64,000 nt of DNA. Source: Bacillota bacterium. GTDB taxonomy: Bacteria > Bacillota_I > Bacilli_A > RFN20 > CAG-288. The translations under genes were made by a program, and so were the position numbers. The notes below the pieces were generated by a model. The model saw only the letters and a list, made by a program, of their open reading frames with translations, made no database searches and had not been told where the DNA came from. The stretch spans positions 30,357 through 94,356 of the forward strand of contig DAISOU010000004.1 in the NCBI GenBank assembly GCA_036830315.1, in the 5' to 3' direction. This document shows positions 61,601 to 64,000 of this stretch, in pieces. Positions within the stretch are counted from its first letter, which is position 1; each line of letters opens with the position of its first letter.

Positions 61601-61907
61601 AAACGACAGTTCCTTCATCGGCGATGCTTTTGGCGACTTTGGCAGCAGCGGCCTGAGAACCAGTGTCACCGCCTGTGGATGTGAATTTGTTTTCGTAGTA
61701 CTTGGTGTTCCAAGTCGAAGAAGAATCGGTGTTGTTGATGACTTTGTTTCCTCTTCCTAAGTAGGTGTCTAAGGCGCTGGAGTAGACGTTGGCGACACAA
61801 GTCAAGGCAATCATCGCACCTGTCAAAACTAATAAGACCGGAGTAAAGATAGCTATGTTTTTCTTTGTCGACATCTTCTTTTTCTTCTTTTTCATCTCTT
61901 CTTCCAT
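58686..61907 (-). CDS. Membrane-anchored glycoside hydrolase family 3 (beta-glucosidase/xylosidase-like) with permuted domain order.
   Basis: GH3 motifs KHFALNDNETNR and GFQGAVISDM lie in the C-terminal half. TM helices at both ends. Start taken at the internal M preceded by GGGGAGGA. Confidence 0.8.
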   Translation of the reverse strand: MEEEMKKKKKKMSTKKNIAIFTPVLLVLTGAMIALTCVANVYSSALDTYLGRGNKVINNTDSSSTWNTKYYENKFTSTGGDTGSQAAAAKVAKSIADEGTVVLKNNGALPLAKESNVAPFGYRYMNPFYGGSGSGNVVTTDAYVVSPEKALDSNFNVANTFEGVSGTTDVRKYYYDTTAGNDVLYYFDWTNTYNGSDQSIYEFDKSVYKTSNITSSATTGIVFLGRSGGENNDLFSIPYNKVGNVQASAAGTAAAGISKVRDAESTDKVKHALDLMPEEEETLQLAKTNCDKVVVVINSSNAMELGSLADDTDIDAIIWVGGPGAKGFQSMSDILAGEVNPSGKTVDVFVRDVKEDPTYKNIGDVDGFAYTNTNGLAPMGGKQYSDSRKASNPFEYIEYEEGVYMGYKYYETAYDTKLSDFSYGELNADGSTKTEGQVVYPFGYGLSYTTFKKEITSFKGNENEVTVEVKVTNTGNVAGKDVAQIYYTAPYTDLDKELGVEKPTALLAAFEKTKVLAPNESEILKLKFDTDDMASYSYKHENSDKTKGCYMLDKGTYHISLRNNSHDVVQDETFDIGSTIYFDNDNPRQSEKDAQSALDDNGNATSVPAKAKADTKATFEAATNNFEESTKYMTDSSLVERLTRGKDNGLAVSNLVAGKKEKEAPNWVVENLQEFDVATDTELGNVEGSKVYHAEDPLSSKTNNQSITNFRGVDYFDPLWDELLNQIDYSSSELLTLMFKDQYCISPLSSIGLSASKSLDGPQGLTINSAFGATDLSTCAWPTEPIVAATFNLDLAYAYGDAVGQECLTIGNTGWYAPGCDTHRTAFSGRNFEYYSEDGVLAGKMCAAVTSGAGNQGVTCYVKHFALNDNETNRANICVWADEQTMREIYLKPFEIYVKESRMTIDYIADGEGNHKQKVVRGATGMMTSYNYVGTTFSSGSYSLVTKTLRDEWGFQGAVISDMSGGSAKRRDQTMRSGNDYILYFMQVNATDTTSSSAKWAMRNSVHHIAYALANSNWMNEVAPGAIVTYTTSPWRIGLTTASVIVYVFVAGFAAWMVIRAFKAKKDPENYNN

Positions 61908-61988
61908 ATGAATCCTCCCCATAGGGAATATTTCACCCTATTATTGATTACCATTTAACCTTTATTTTTATTTTGACTCTATGGCAAG

Positions 61989-62018
61989 TTCGTAGCGGGT
62001 AAGACTCAATTCGTAACT
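61989..62018. promoter_or_regulatory. Candidate LytTR response-regulator binding site: 9-bp direct repeats with a 12-bp spacer.
   Basis: TTCGTAGCG, 12-nt spacer (ggtaagactcaa), TTCGTAACT. Lies between the Agr-like operon and the GH3 gene. Confidence 0.35.
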
Positions 62019-62067
62019 TACAAAAGCCCTTACATTTTAAATATGATGACGAGGTGCAAAAGAATAA

Positions 62068-62103
62068 TAAAGATTAAAAAGAGCACCTGCTTCCAGGTGC
62101 TCT
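62068..62103 (-). terminator. Terminator after the histidine kinase gene.
   Basis: 10-bp stem agagcacctg / caggtgctct with a U-run on the minus strand. Confidence 0.65.
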
Positions 62104-62126
62104 AAAATCAGATAAAACAGAACAAA

Positions 62127-63443
62127 TCAGTCGTTTTTCAGCGGAAACCAGAAATCAAGGCTGAAGACGTTGCTTTTTGAAGAGACTAACATCCTGCCAT
62201 GATACTTCTCAGCTATCATCTCCATGCTACGCAGACCGAATCCATGGAAGCGCTTGTCTTCTTTAGTCGTGATCGGCAGGCCGTCTTTGATAGCGACATC
62301 TTTCTGACAGTAGTTGTCGAAATGAAGATAGAGCATTTCTCCTTTAGAGAAGACTTTCAGGGAGATGATTCTCTTTTCTAAGTCGGGAATCTTTATTTCC
62401 TCCTCGATGGCATTATCGAGGGCGTTGCCAAAGAGAGAACAGATATCCATATCCTCCATCTTCAGAAGCGATAAGTTTGGAGCATCGACAATATAACTCA
62501 GTTTGATGTTGTTCTTTTCGCAGTAGAGGGATTTCTCAGTCAGAACTACGTCCAGAGTCTCATTGCCAGTCTTAGCTACCTGATCATAGAGCATGATTGA
62601 TTTTTCAATCTCAGTCAGGCTTTTCTCCTTGGTCTCAGAATCATCAAGACTTCGAAGAGAGGAAATCTGATTCTTCAGGTCATGGCATTTGATGTTGATG
62701 ACATCGATATTGGTCTTCCATTGATCATATTGTCTTTTCTCGCTGTTGTAGAGACGTTCAAAGGTTTCTTTTTCTCTCTGCATGCGGCTTTTGTCAAAGA
62801 AAAAGAACTGGATAGAGAGAAGGAAGAAACAGCATAAAGACGCATAGATAAGGGCGATGGCGTTATTGGTGTTGCTGGGAAGAAGAAGCATCGACATGAC
62901 ATAAGTCAGCAAGAAGGTTCCAAAGGAAATCAATATGACATAGATATTGTTGACGGCAGTGTCTTTTCCTTTTTTGATTCTGACCACAAAGACAAAATAG
63001 AAGATTGTATAGAGGACTGCCATGATGCCAAGCTCTATCAATAGGGCATATTTGACACGATAGGTAAAGCCAGCTTCACTGATGATCAAAAGAGTGAGGT
63101 TATGAGATAGGTTTTGGACTGCATAGGCAGAAGAGGTATAGAAGAGAACCTCTTTAAAGGAAATCCGACTGGTCAGAAAGAAGAAAAGAGATGAAAAAAT
63201 CAGACAGAGCAGGAAAGAGAAGTTGAACCAGCCGCCCACAGTTAACGGACCTTGAGAGGAATAGAAGTTGGGAATGAAGAAAAAACCGATGTCTAAGGCT
63301 ACCCAGCAAAGCAGAGGAATATAGAAATACTTTCTTTTGCCAAAGACTAAGACAAACAAAAGCTGGGCGAACATTATCTCCGAGTAGAAGCTGGTCATAA
63401 AAGAGAGAACGGGAGTCAAGAACGAATTCCAAAAAGCATCCAT
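62127..63443 (-). CDS. Sensor histidine kinase, AgrC/ComD/LytS-like (HPK10, GHKL ATPase with polytopic N-terminal sensor).
   Basis: Six-plus TM segments, then a C-terminal ATPase. Translationally overlaps the upstream LytTR regulator (ATGA). Confidence 0.8.
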   Translation of the reverse strand: MDAFWNSFLTPVLSFMTSFYSEIMFAQLLFVLVFGKRKYFYIPLLCWVALDIGFFFIPNFYSSQGPLTVGGWFNFSFLLCLIFSSLFFFLTSRISFKEVLFYTSSAYAVQNLSHNLTLLIISEAGFTYRVKYALLIELGIMAVLYTIFYFVFVVRIKKGKDTAVNNIYVILISFGTFLLTYVMSMLLLPSNTNNAIALIYASLCCFFLLSIQFFFFDKSRMQREKETFERLYNSEKRQYDQWKTNIDVINIKCHDLKNQISSLRSLDDSETKEKSLTEIEKSIMLYDQVAKTGNETLDVVLTEKSLYCEKNNIKLSYIVDAPNLSLLKMEDMDICSLFGNALDNAIEEEIKIPDLEKRIISLKVFSKGEMLYLHFDNYCQKDVAIKDGLPITTKEDKRFHGFGLRSMEMIAEKYHGRMLVSSKSNVFSLDFWFPLKND

Positions 63444-64000
63444 CAGAAAGCCCCTCCCTGGAATCCTATCAGGTCATTGAGAAAAGACTTTTTCTTTGAA
63501 CGGGATATCTTCAGTCTCGTTTCATTGACTACCACTTCTTCTTCCTTGACGGCAGTCACATAGAATAGATTGATCAGATAACAGTTATTGCAGCGGGAGA
63601 AATGGTTTTTCTTAAGTGTCTCCTCTGCTTTTGACAAAGAACCTGTCGCTTCGATATCACCCTTGTCAGTGTGATAGATAAGAGAGTGATTCATGACTTC
63701 GATGTAATAGATCTGTGAGGTCTCAAGTCTTATCATGCCATCTCTTTTATAGATGGTGACTTCGCGGTCGGCGTATTTTTTCTTATAGGCCATGGCTTTG
63801 CTGAGCTTGGCGATAAATGTGAAATATCCGACTGGTTTTACGATATAGTCAAGCGCATTGACCTCATAGCCCTTGATGGCATACTGAGCCATGTTGGTCA
63901 TGAAGACTAAGGGAACAAAAGAGTCGATTGATCGTAGTCTTTTTGAAGCTTCCAATCCATCGAGATTAGGCATTTCGATATCCATGAAAACTACGTCGTA
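63443..64000 (-). CDS. LytTR-family response regulator (AgrA/ComE-like). N-terminus lies beyond the window end.
   Basis: Receiver-domain remnant …DVVFMDIEMPNLDGLE plus a C-terminal LytTR DNA-binding domain. Confidence 0.85.
   Translation of the reverse strand, partial: YDVVFMDIEMPNLDGLEASKRLRSIDSFVPLVFMTNMAQYAIKGYEVNALDYIVKPVGYFTFIAKLSKAMAYKKKYADREVTIYKRDGMIRLETSQIYYIEVMNHSLIYHTDKGDIEATGSLSKAEETLKKNHFSRCNNCYLINLFYVTAVKEEEVVVNETRLKISRSKKKSFLNDLIGFQGGAF

Noticed and set aside
1-64000. CRISPR arrays, tRNA/rRNA genes, IS elements and prophage structural genes.
   Set aside because: I saw no regularly spaced direct repeats, no cloverleaf-compatible segments in the intergenic regions I inspected, and no transposase or integrase ORFs. 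The window reads as core chromosome.

Overview
This 64 kb window looks like chromosomal core genome of a low-GC Firmicute, with Bacilli/Erysipelotrichia-type synteny. Synteny markers are ezrA-iscS-thiI, the infC-rpmI-rplT operon, rpoE (RNA polymerase delta) and a SigH-like sigma factor downstream of rlmB. I saw no CRISPR array, tRNA, rRNA or obvious transposon; one short AT-rich stretch may be an acquired islet.

Gene content: a partial addA plus a shortened addB; a heterodimeric ABC exporter pair; rubrerythrin; the dnaE-polA-(mutM::coaE) replication and repair block; peptidases (PepF, M32); pnp, ychF, ispF and argS; nrnA with an inositol monophosphatase family protein; two surface lipoproteins; a membrane-anchored GH3 glycosidase; and an Agr/LytTR-type two-component system cut at the window end.

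The regions I would look at first, in order:
1. A roughly 590 nt intergenic block (35830..36416) rich in GNRA-capped hairpins and ending in a strong terminator. It is probably a large structured ncRNA that I cannot assign to tmRNA, RNase P or SRP.
2. An operon of an uncharacterised HKD(PLD)-nuclease/SF2-helicase/DUF3427-like fusion protein translationally coupled to a Nudix hydrolase.
3. An in-frame MutM-CoaE fusion.
4. A LytTR-style 9-12-9 direct repeat between the Agr-like two-component system and the GH3 gene.
5. A DUF2130/RmuC-like coiled-coil protein with a possible PD-(D/E)xK motif.
6. The infC leader with an AUA start codon, an attenuator terminator and a near-consensus promoter.

All calls come from reading the sequence and from motif-level memory of protein families. 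No database search was run.
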